From a virus: a stretch of DNA of 64,000 nucleotides. The position numbers and the translations under genes were made by a program. The notes below the pieces were generated by a model. The model saw nothing but the letters and a program-made list of their open reading frames with translations. It was not told the origin of the DNA and searched no databases. Position 1 is the stretch's first letter. Each line of letters starts with the position of its first letter. Of this stretch, positions 27,694 through 36,256 are shown piece by piece. The stretch spans positions 32,001 to 96,000 of IMG/VR virus record IMGVR_UViG_3300032116_000033; one strand, 5' to 3'.

Positions 27694-28554
27694 ATGCCGA
27701 AAGCACTGCATAAAAAGAAATGGCACAATATCTCAGACATCGAGAAGTGCGAAGACGGCTTCAGATACCAGCTCGAAGGCATCGACGGCAAAGTTTACGC
27801 CAAAGACATCGACGACGTGAAGATGTCTAAAGCTGAGATGCACGAGATCAAGAACCCAGACGGATCCATCACGAGAGGCCCTGGCAAAGAACCGCTCATG
27901 AAGCCGATGAAGAAATCCATCCACGAGCGGTGGGAGATGATAAAGGCGATGATAAGCCACGAGCAAGCTTTCATGCCCATGGAAGATCAAGACGAAGATC
28001 AGCAGCCTCAGGAAGATCAAGACCAACCTACGCAGGCTGGCATAAAGGGCCCAGACGTGGACGACGCGTCAGATGCGGTGGACGCCAGCCAACTAGGAGG
28101 ACAAGATGGTCTGGTATCGGGAGGAAGCGATGATGGACAGCAGCTCCAAGGCGATGCTGTTCAGGATGGTGCTGGCGTCGCTCAGGATAGTGGCGGGTCC
28201 GAAGTGGACCAAGATGCCGGTTCAGACCTACTCGGTGAAGAGGAACTCGCCCAGCTCCTAGAGCAGGAAGGGTACTCTCCAGCAGAGATTGCCCACATCG
28301 TCCACGGCCACACACCGGTGCAAGACCCAGCCGCGCAGCAGATGGATCTTGAGCAGGCGCGCGAGCAGGAGAAGCATGACCACAAGATGGATCACAGCCG
28401 CAGCGAGAGCGACTTAAAGCTCGACCACGCAAAGCGCATGGCAGACCTGGAGCACGACCACGCCAAGCGCGAGAAAGAGATGAGACTTAAATATCTAGAG
28501 GAAGAGCTCAAATCAAAAGTTGAGAACCTCAAGAACAGATCTAAAGGTGAGTGA
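27694..28554 (+). CDS. acidic hypothetical protein
   Basis: D/Q-rich low-complexity middle; H-rich coiled C-terminus. Confidence 0.55.
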   Translation: MPKALHKKKWHNISDIEKCEDGFRYQLEGIDGKVYAKDIDDVKMSKAEMHEIKNPDGSITRGPGKEPLMKPMKKSIHERWEMIKAMISHEQAFMPMEDQDEDQQPQEDQDQPTQAGIKGPDVDDASDAVDASQLGGQDGLVSGGSDDGQQLQGDAVQDGAGVAQDSGGSEVDQDAGSDLLGEEELAQLLEQEGYSPAEIAHIVHGHTPVQDPAAQQMDLEQAREQEKHDHKMDHSRSESDLKLDHAKRMADLEHDHAKREKEMRLKYLEEELKSKVENLKNRSKGE

Positions 28555-28555
28555 T

Positions 28556-28906
28556 ATGGAAAAGCTTATCAAGTCAGACAACGGCCAGTGGGCGCTGGTA
28601 AAAGCGGCACCAAAGGGCGTAAACAAAGAAAAATGGGATCGCTGCGTAGAAGACGTCAAGGCAGAAGGTAAAGTAGAGAGCCCGCATGCTGTCTGCACCG
28701 CTGCTATGGCAAAGGAAGAAGACCACGACTCGAAGATGCTCTTCTCACAGCTCGAGGCGATCATGCACCATATCAAAGAAATAAGAGAAGCGATGTCTCC
28801 TGAGGAAGATGCTCCGGACTGGGTTGATGCCAAGATCACAGAAGCGGCCAAGCAGTTGTCAGACGTCGCGCACTACATCCAGGGCGAGAAAGCCGCGAAG
28901 AAGTAA
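28556..28906 (+). CDS. probable internal head protein
   Basis: NGQWALVKA leader, KWDRCVEDVK and PDWVDAKIT modules. Confidence 0.5.
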   Translation: MEKLIKSDNGQWALVKAAPKGVNKEKWDRCVEDVKAEGKVESPHAVCTAAMAKEEDHDSKMLFSQLEAIMHHIKEIREAMSPEEDAPDWVDAKITEAAKQLSDVAHYIQGEKAAKK

Positions 28907-28916
28907 GGACAGCAAC

Positions 28917-29594
28917 ATGTCAGAAGTCGAAAAGATAGCGGATCTACTGAAAGCGATGCTTAGGAGCGACCAGCCTAACGTCCGCAAGCCTACTCCTTCT
29001 CAGTGGAAGAGCTTGAGCCAAGGCCAGCTGCAGCAGATGGGCACCAAATGGAAAGACACCATACCAAAAGATCATCCCGATCACGCGGCGATGGTCTCTC
29101 ACGTAAACTTTCTGATCGGCTCGGGTAACATACAGGACGCTGGGCAGCTAAGCGATCGGTACCTCACAGGCGGCGGGGACCACGCCAAAGACAGACCCAT
29201 GAACAAGTCCTTAGACGATTCTTCAATAAACATAATAGCTTACTCAGACGGTACCGTGGATCTAGAGTTCGGTCCTGACGTTTCAGAAGTCTTAGAAAAG
29301 TCCGCTGTAGAATATATAAGGTCTCAAGGTTACGAGGAGATACTGGACAAAGGCCTTAAGGCAGAGCACAAGAGCCCCAAAGGCGGCATGACCGCTGCTG
29401 GAGTAAAGGCTTACCGCCGCGAGAATCCAGGATCAAAGCTTCAGACCGCGGTCTCAGAGAAGAACCCAAAGGGCAAGCGGGCCAAGCGCAGGAGATCTTT
29501 CTGCGCCAGGATGTCCGGCATGCCGGGGCCGATGAAGGACAAAAAAGGTAGACCGACCCGCAAAGCTCTAGCACTTAGGAGATGGCGATGCTGA
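28917..29594 (+). CDS. probable internal head protein with a basic C-terminal module (DUF6321-like)
   Basis: GGMTAAGVKAYRRENPGSKLQTAV..RRRSFCARMSG..ALRRWRC, a module recalled from T4-like cyanophages. Confidence 0.55.
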   Translation: MSEVEKIADLLKAMLRSDQPNVRKPTPSQWKSLSQGQLQQMGTKWKDTIPKDHPDHAAMVSHVNFLIGSGNIQDAGQLSDRYLTGGGDHAKDRPMNKSLDDSSINIIAYSDGTVDLEFGPDVSEVLEKSAVEYIRSQGYEEILDKGLKAEHKSPKGGMTAAGVKAYRRENPGSKLQTAVSEKNPKGKRAKRRRSFCARMSGMPGPMKDKKGRPTRKALALRRWRC

Positions 29595-29902
29595 CCGTTA
29601 AGGAAGAGTTGATGGCCCTTTACAAGGCAAAGCCGGAGCTTATCGAAGAGCATAAGCGACTGGTCGGCGTACTTCGTTCTGGCTCTAAAAAAGAGCAGAT
29701 CGACGAAGCCAAGCGTCAGCTAAAAGAACTTAAAGAGATGATGGCCAAGAAAGAGCGCTGCTGGGAAGGCTACGAGCCCACCCCAGGTAAGAAGCCTTAC
29801 GAGAAGGGCTCATGTCAGCCGATCAAGAAAGACGACGAGGTCCTCAAGGTAGAGACAAACGGCCAGTGGTCGTTGGGTAAGTCTAAATTAAGATATAAAT
29901 AA
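29582..29902 (+). CDS. probable internal head protein
   Basis: CWEGY..GSC module; NGQWSLGKS near the C-terminus. Confidence 0.5.
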   Translation: MAMLTVKEELMALYKAKPELIEEHKRLVGVLRSGSKKEQIDEAKRQLKELKEMMAKKERCWEGYEPTPGKKPYEKGSCQPIKKDDEVLKVETNGQWSLGKSKLRYK

Positions 29903-29946
29903 TATTGTCTTATTAAGAGCTAATAGTGGCTTAAGGATTTCTAAAT

Positions 29947-30528
29947 ATGCAGGTAATTGTTTGCAACAATTGTAAAAATACAAAATCTATAGATTGTTTC
30001 TATAGTTATAGTTTAACTAAATGTAAAGCTTGTTTTTCTGAATATCAAAAAGCATATCATGCTGCGAACAAAGACAAAAGATCAGAATATGCAAAAGAGC
30101 ATTATAAAGCAAATAGAGAAAATCATTTACTTAAAAACAAACAGTATTATTTAGAAAATAAGCTCAAACACCAAGAGGCATGTAGGTTAAGATCTCTTGA
30201 AAGAAGGCGCTCTGATATACAATATAAGTTGACTAAATTGTTAAGAAAAAGATTAAATAGCGCCATAAAGAACAAAGCTAAATCAGGCTCTGCTGTTAGA
30301 GATGTTGGGTGTACAATTGAGGAATTAAAGACTTATTTGGAGTCTAAATTTCAACCTGGCATGACATGGGAAAATTGGTCGCTAACTGGCTGGCACATAG
30401 ATCATATAGTTCCATTAAGTAAATTTGATCTAACCGATTCAGATCAACTAAGAAAAGCATGTCATTATACTAATTTGCAACCAATGTGGGCGAAAGACAA
30501 TCTTATAAAGAGTAATAAATATGTCTAA
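29947..30528 (+). CDS. HNH endonuclease (AT-rich)
   Basis: GCTIEELK..PGMTWENW..WHIDHIVP..HYTNLQPMW. Confidence 0.85.
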   Translation: MQVIVCNNCKNTKSIDCFYSYSLTKCKACFSEYQKAYHAANKDKRSEYAKEHYKANRENHLLKNKQYYLENKLKHQEACRLRSLERRRSDIQYKLTKLLRKRLNSAIKNKAKSGSAVRDVGCTIEELKTYLESKFQPGMTWENWSLTGWHIDHIVPLSKFDLTDSDQLRKACHYTNLQPMWAKDNLIKSNKYV

Positions 30529-31015
30529 TGAAAAAATAATCACATCGCCAAATGGCCAATGGTCTCTTGTTAAATCCAACTACGGCCCCAAGGACATGGG
30601 TCTCTACAACCCTGTAGACAACATCAAGCGCAAGCAGACCAGGACCGGCGAAGAGCTGGAGCACGTAGGGCAGAACAAAGGCGTCCGCGAGTACACTTCT
30701 GCTCTGCAGGGTACCGCTAGCCAGCAGGCGTCCGCCCAGGCAAAAGCAGACAAGAAGCGCTCCAAGGAAAACCCCGTCAAGACCATGAAAGACATGACTT
30801 CTGAGGAACTGGAGTCTATAAAGGCAAAGTACGCTTCCAAGGCAGAGCTGCACAAGACTCTCACAGATGCAGAGGCTGCAGATCTTATGCGCCATGTGTC
30901 TATGCGTCAGCCGTCCGACAGCGAGATCGCCATGCTGCTTGAGTACAACCATAGAAGAATCGAGCAAGCACAGCAAGCTCAAGTCAAACAACCAGAGGAA
31001 GAGTTCGGATACTGA
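30521..31015 (+). CDS. probable internal head protein
   Basis: NGQWSLVKS leader shared with the 28556 and 29582 ORFs. Confidence 0.5.
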   Translation: MSNEKIITSPNGQWSLVKSNYGPKDMGLYNPVDNIKRKQTRTGEELEHVGQNKGVREYTSALQGTASQQASAQAKADKKRSKENPVKTMKDMTSEELESIKAKYASKAELHKTLTDAEAADLMRHVSMRQPSDSEIAMLLEYNHRRIEQAQQAQVKQPEEEFGY

Positions 31016-31016
31016 T

Positions 31017-31766
31017 ATGCTAGAGAAATTCTGGAAAGAGGTGCCATCGCAGTTCTTTACCGCCACCGGAACATCGGACGGCGTTGTGACCGTTGCTGCG
31101 ACCTCACCGTTCAAGATCAAGCAGTTCGTGGTCGTGCTTAACCCGAGTCTTCCGTCCATAGTCGGCGAGATAAAGGCGATACTGTCCGAGACGCAGATTG
31201 CCATCGGGCCTCAGGGGCCAAACCCCAACATGCGCATAGATTTCTCTTCCTACGGAACCAGCTCGACCATAAGTGCGCCGGAGCAGCCTAGGCCGTCGAT
31301 CCCCATCCAGGAGATCGATCGCTGGACCTACGAGGAAGAGCCGACCGTTGCTCGCAGGACCATACCCGTCGACGAAGCGGGCAATATCCTGAAGTTCGTG
31401 AGATCTGCACCGGGCCAGGCTAAGAGCATGGCGGTAAACGTAGACAACCTTACCTTCACCACGTTCAACGAGGCAAGGGTATCAGACTCGCTGCAGGGCA
31501 ACGCTCAGGGGCAGGCTATAAGCGTAGGCAACAGCCCCATAGAGGCTAAAGGCGGCGCTACCGCGCTTGCCACTCGCAAGGGCCTCTTCATCATGCCCAT
31601 AGACAAGAACATGTACATGGGATTCAGCAACGCTGTGACTGTCGTCAACGGCATGCCGATCTTCATAAACCAGATGATCTATATCCCTGCCACCGCTCAG
31701 ATGAGCATATGGCTCGTGCACAACCACTCAGGAAGTGCTGAAGCTAGGATCTGGGAGGTCGGTTAA
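31017..31766 (+). CDS. putative virion structural protein
   Basis: Beta-rich ORF; ATG follows the previous stop. Confidence 0.5.
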   Translation: MLEKFWKEVPSQFFTATGTSDGVVTVAATSPFKIKQFVVVLNPSLPSIVGEIKAILSETQIAIGPQGPNPNMRIDFSSYGTSSTISAPEQPRPSIPIQEIDRWTYEEEPTVARRTIPVDEAGNILKFVRSAPGQAKSMAVNVDNLTFTTFNEARVSDSLQGNAQGQAISVGNSPIEAKGGATALATRKGLFIMPIDKNMYMGFSNAVTVVNGMPIFINQMIYIPATAQMSIWLVHNHSGSAEARIWEVG

Positions 31767-32482
31767 TGTTTAACACGTTCTTTACACCGACCGCTGAGTC
31801 TATTCCGGTATCCGGAAGCGGTCTTGGTTCATTGAACGTGCTAGACGCGTTAAAGAAGCTCGCGTTCCTGACGCAGGCGTCTAACCTTCTGAACCAGGAC
31901 GGAGACATCGTCCTAAGGATCGGCGCCTCACCGACCTCGGTGATACTGTCTAGTCCCGTAGGGCGCTGGGAGGTTAAGGCGACCGACGAAGGCGAGCTCT
32001 ACACTAGGCTCATGGACGAAGAAGAGTCAGGCATAGTGACGTACTGGCAGTTCACCAGGCCAGACGACTCCATAGCATCTATAGAGGTGAACTCCGACGG
32101 AGAGCTGATCATGGTAAGTCCACCCAGCTCCGAAGGCGTAGACATAAGCAAGATCTTCGTGGCAAGCGACAGCGGGTATATGTTTGGTCTGGGCGTAACC
32201 GACGCTGGCGAGTTCTACACCGAAACGGCTTCAACACCGTTTCCAGCGTTCAAGATCGTCAACCAGCAGGACGACGTACTTTTCAGCACTGTTCAGCAGC
32301 AGGACTCAGGTTCGCTTAGTTATATGTCAGTGTACGAGAAGAACAGCTTACCTACGAGCCCTGTGAGTATAAATAATACGTTACCGTGGGTCTTCGTTAA
32401 AGACGGCGAAACCAGTCAGCCGGCTTTCTACGACGGTACCGCTTGGAGATACTTTAGCACTGGCGGGTTGGTCATATCATGA
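31766..32482 (+). CDS. putative virion structural protein
   Basis: Three x-D-x-G-E-(L/F) beta-hairpin repeats (TDEGEL, NSDGEL, TDAGEF); TAATG coupling. Confidence 0.5.
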   Translation: MFNTFFTPTAESIPVSGSGLGSLNVLDALKKLAFLTQASNLLNQDGDIVLRIGASPTSVILSSPVGRWEVKATDEGELYTRLMDEEESGIVTYWQFTRPDDSIASIEVNSDGELIMVSPPSSEGVDISKIFVASDSGYMFGLGVTDAGEFYTETASTPFPAFKIVNQQDDVLFSTVQQQDSGSLSYMSVYEKNSLPTSPVSINNTLPWVFVKDGETSQPAFYDGTAWRYFSTGGLVIS

Positions 32483-32880
32483 CTAGGAAAGTACATTTAA
32501 CAAAGCAAGAAGACGGCGTGTCTGAGAAGGCCCTACAGATCCGCACAACAGATCCATCTTCTCCTGCTGAGAACCAGCTGTGGATCAATGTAAACACCAA
32601 CTCAATAAACATCGCTAGAACAGGCGGGATCATACGCTTGAACGATACGTCTTTCTCAGAGACTGTTGTCGTTACTGCAGCAAATCTTCTTACAAAAACT
32701 CTAACAGTTTCAAAGATGATCCAGTACCCTTCAAGAACTAAGATTTTTCCTCAGGGCGGACCAGCCCAGATCTACGCTCAAGATTTCACAGTAGTATCTC
32801 CCGCGACCATAACATGGGGCGGAATGGGATTAGACGGTCTTTTAGAGGAAGGCGATAGTCTCGTGATAGAATACTCCTAG
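32479..32880 (+). CDS. small fibre-associated protein
   Basis: DPSSPAENQLWIN fibre motif; C-terminal domain like that of the next gene (DFTV..ITW..LEEGDSLVIEY). Confidence 0.55.
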   Translation: MTRKVHLTKQEDGVSEKALQIRTTDPSSPAENQLWINVNTNSINIARTGGIIRLNDTSFSETVVVTAANLLTKTLTVSKMIQYPSRTKIFPQGGPAQIYAQDFTVVSPATITWGGMGLDGLLEEGDSLVIEYS

Positions 32881-32909
32881 TGCACAACCTCACTGGGAGA
32901 GTCTCCGAT

Positions 32910-35900
32910 ATGTCACAAATTAAAAAGAAGTTTATTGAAGATAATGCCATAGACGGCCTTAAGCTTCAACTGTTGAACGGTCAGGGGTTTAGAGTAAAGA
33001 ACACTGACGGTTCAGACCGTACCCTTTTTCATTTCAACAGCAGCAACGAGTGGCAGTTCAGCATCGCTCCTAAGTTGTCTGTTGACCCAAGCGCACAGAA
33101 CGACCTCGTTCGCAAGAAGTACGTAGACGACGAGATCAACGCCGAAGAATCTGCTCGTGCAGCAGCGATCGCCGCAGAAGAATCTGCCCGTATCGCAGCC
33201 GACAATGCACTTGATGGTCGCTTAGACGTCCTCGAAGGCAACGACAGTACTTCTGGTTCCGTAGCCAAAGCGCTTAAAGATGCCAAAGCCTACGCTGACC
33301 AAAAGATCTCAGACCTCGTTGATGGAGCCCCAGGCCTCCTCGACACGCTGAACGAGCTGGCTGCAGCTATCGGCGACGACGAGAGCTTCGCAACTTCGAT
33401 TGCTAACCAGATCGCAGGACTAAGCGGCGACATCACCGCCCTTCAAAACGCAAGCGGCTTAGACCTCGACGCAGAAGAATCAGCCCGTATCGCCGCTGAC
33501 AACGCCCTTGACGGTCGCTTAGACATCCTTGAAGGTGCTGATACTGTAGTAGGTTCTGTAGCCAAAGCGCTGAAAGACGCTAAGGCTTATACCGACTCTG
33601 AGGTCTCTGCCGAAGAATCTGCACGTGTCGCAGCCGACGACGCCGAGCAAAGCGCTCGTATCGCCGCAGACAACGCCCTTGACGGACGCCTAGACATCCT
33701 CGAAGGCAACGACAGTACTGCTGGTTCCGTAGCTAAGGCATTGAAAGATGCCAAAGACTACACCGATCAAGAAGTCACTGCCGAAGAATCTGCCCGTATC
33801 GCAGCCGACAACGCCCTCGACGGAAGACTTGACATCCTCGAAGGCGCTGATACCGTAGCCGGCTCCGTAGCTAAGGCCTTGAAAGATGCCAAAGACTACA
33901 CCGACTCTGAGGTTTCCGCAGAAGAGTCCGCCCGTATCGCTGCAGTCTCTGCTGAAGAATCTGCCCGTATCGCAGCTGATAACTCCCTCGACGGCCGCCT
34001 CGACATCATCGAAGGTGCCGACACGGTAGTTGGCTCTATCGCCAAAGCACTGAAAGATGCCAAAGCATACGCAGACGCCATCGACACCGACCTTCAGGGT
34101 CAGATCGACTCCTTGGACGGCTACACCCTCGACCTCCGCGGCGACCTCGACCAAGAGATCAGCGACCGCATCGCTGCAGTCTCTGCTGAAGAATCTGCTC
34201 GTATCGCAGCCGATAACGCCCTCGACGGTCGTCTTGACACCCTTGAAGGTGCCGATACTGTAGTTGGTTCCGTAGCTAAGGCCCTCAAGGATGCTAAGGC
34301 TTACACAGACCAGGAAGTAGACGCAGAAGAAAGCGCCCGCATCGCTGCTGACAATGCCCTCGATGGCCGCTTAGACATCCTTGAAGGTGCCGATACCGTA
34401 GCAGGTTCCGTAGCCAAAGCCCTCAAAGATGCCAAAGACTACACCGACTCTGAGGTTTCCGCAGAAGAATCCGCACGTATCGCAGCTGTCTCTGCAGAAG
34501 AGTCCGCACGTATCGCTGCCGACAACGCTCTTGATGGCCGCCTCGACGTCCTTGAAGGTGCAGACACCGTAGTCGGTTCCGTAGCCAAAGCACTGAAAGA
34601 TGCTAAGGCTTACACTGACTCTGAAGTTTCAGCTCTAGTAAACGGTGCTCCTGCTCTGCTCGACACACTCAAAGAACTCGCTGACGCCATCAACGAAGAC
34701 GAGAACTTTGCAGTCACCGTTGCAAACAACATCGCCAGCGAGCAGTCCGCCCGTATCGCTGCCGACAATGCCCTTCAGGGTGACATCGACGCCGAAGAAT
34801 CTGCTCGTATCGCGGCTGACAATGCCCTCGATGGTCGCTTAGACGTCCTCGAAGGCGCTGATACCGTAGTCGGTTCCGTAGCTAAGGCCTTGAAAGACGC
34901 CAAAGCTTACACTGACCAGGAAGTCACCGCAGAAGAGTCCGCACGAATCGCTGCCGACAATGCCCTTCAGGGTGACATCGACGCAGAAGAATCTGCTCGT
35001 ATCGCTGCAGTCTCCGCAGAAGAATCCGCACGTATCGCCGCCGACAACGCTCTCGACGGTCGCTTAGACGTCCTCGAAGGCGCTGATACAGTAGTTGGTT
35101 CCGTTGCTAAGGCACTCAAAGACGCCAAAGACTACACCGACGTAGAGACCTCTGCACGTATCGCCGCTGTCTCCGCTGAAGAATCTGCTCGCATCGCCGC
35201 CGATAACGCACTCGATGGAAGACTTGACGTCCTCGAAGGCGCTGATACAGTAGTTGGTTCTGTAGCCAAAGCATTGAAAGATGCCAAAGCATACACCGAC
35301 TCTGAGGTTTCTGCTGAAGAATCTGCTCGCATCGCGGCAGACGGCACGCTGCAAGGCAACATCGACGCAGAAGAATCTGCTCGTATCGCTGCAGATAACG
35401 CCCTCGACGGAAGACTTGATGTCCTCGAAGGCGCAGACAACGTCGTTGGCTCCGTAGCCAAAGCGCTCAAAGATGCCAAAGCCTACACCGATCAGGAAGT
35501 CTCCGCAGAAGAGACCGCCCGCATCGCTGCTGACGGCGTGCTTCAGAGCAACATCGACGCCCTCGACGGCCGCTTAGACATCCTCGAAGGCGCAGACACT
35601 GTCGCTGGCTCGGTTGCTAAGGCACTCAAAGATGCTAAGGCTTACACCGATTCAGAAGTCACCGCCGAAGAATCTGCCCGTATCGCTGCTGACAACGCTC
35701 TTGATGGCCGTTTAGACGTCCTCGAAGGTGCAGACAACGTCGCTGGTTCGGTTGCTAAAGCACTCAAAGATGCTAAAGCATACACCGATTCAGAAGTTGC
35801 AGCCGAAGCTTCGACCCGCTCGACCGCCGACGCCGCTCTCCAGAGCGCGATCGACGCACTCGAAGCGATCGTACACGAGAAAGAGAAGTTCGTCCTCAGC

Positions 35901-36122
35901 TCGACAAACATCACCAACGGATACATCAACCTCTCTCATCAGGCGATCGAGAAATCCATCCTGATGACCGTTGATCGTCTGGTCGCTCACGCAGGTGACG
36001 ACTACACAGTATCGGTTGTAGGTGGCGTAACTCGCATCACCTTCGCAGGAAGCCTTGTCGTAGGTGAAGAAGAAGAGCTGGTCGCAGGCGACGTCGTTCG
36101 CGTGATGTACCGCTACTCGTAA
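32910..36122 (+). CDS. long coiled-coil fibre protein with 14 tandem repeats
   Basis: 14 LDGRLD-containing units (AEESARIAADNALDGRLDxLEGADTVxGSVAKALKDAKxYTD) and two LVxGAPxLLDTLxELAxAI tail-fibre motifs. Confidence 0.75.
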   Translation: MSQIKKKFIEDNAIDGLKLQLLNGQGFRVKNTDGSDRTLFHFNSSNEWQFSIAPKLSVDPSAQNDLVRKKYVDDEINAEESARAAAIAAEESARIAADNALDGRLDVLEGNDSTSGSVAKALKDAKAYADQKISDLVDGAPGLLDTLNELAAAIGDDESFATSIANQIAGLSGDITALQNASGLDLDAEESARIAADNALDGRLDILEGADTVVGSVAKALKDAKAYTDSEVSAEESARVAADDAEQSARIAADNALDGRLDILEGNDSTAGSVAKALKDAKDYTDQEVTAEESARIAADNALDGRLDILEGADTVAGSVAKALKDAKDYTDSEVSAEESARIAAVSAEESARIAADNSLDGRLDIIEGADTVVGSIAKALKDAKAYADAIDTDLQGQIDSLDGYTLDLRGDLDQEISDRIAAVSAEESARIAADNALDGRLDTLEGADTVVGSVAKALKDAKAYTDQEVDAEESARIAADNALDGRLDILEGADTVAGSVAKALKDAKDYTDSEVSAEESARIAAVSAEESARIAADNALDGRLDVLEGADTVVGSVAKALKDAKAYTDSEVSALVNGAPALLDTLKELADAINEDENFAVTVANNIASEQSARIAADNALQGDIDAEESARIAADNALDGRLDVLEGADTVVGSVAKALKDAKAYTDQEVTAEESARIAADNALQGDIDAEESARIAAVSAEESARIAADNALDGRLDVLEGADTVVGSVAKALKDAKDYTDVETSARIAAVSAEESARIAADNALDGRLDVLEGADTVVGSVAKALKDAKAYTDSEVSAEESARIAADGTLQGNIDAEESARIAADNALDGRLDVLEGADNVVGSVAKALKDAKAYTDQEVSAEETARIAADGVLQSNIDALDGRLDILEGADTVAGSVAKALKDAKAYTDSEVTAEESARIAADNALDGRLDVLEGADNVAGSVAKALKDAKAYTDSEVAAEASTRSTADAALQSAIDALEAIVHEKEKFVLSSTNITNGYINLSHQAIEKSILMTVDRLVAHAGDDYTVSVVGGVTRITFAGSLVVGEEEELVAGDVVRVMYRYS

Positions 36123-36128
36123 CCCTTA

Positions 36129-36161
36129 GTGGGGTACCCCTGCGCGGGGTGCCCCATTTTT
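36129..36161 (+). terminator. intrinsic terminator
   Basis: GTGGGGTACCCC-TGCGC-GGGGTGCCCCAT followed by a T-tract. Confidence 0.8.
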
Positions 36162-36256
36162 ACACCAGTTTAAAGACCGCACGCGTTAAACAGAACTATA
36201 CGCCGTGGATTGTTGCATCTGCCAGTTCCATGGCTTATAAATAAAAGGAACCTGAG

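Noticed and set aside
33140-35860. CRISPR array or DGR-type repeats
   Set aside because: The repeats are in-frame coding units varying at synonymous sites, with no unique spacers, no adenine-specific variation and no cas or reverse transcriptase gene in the window
29894-36242. T4 late promoter TATAAATA at 29894 and 36235
   Set aside because: Only two instances, both in AT-rich gaps; most late genes show GTATAAT instead, so a T4-type consensus is not supported
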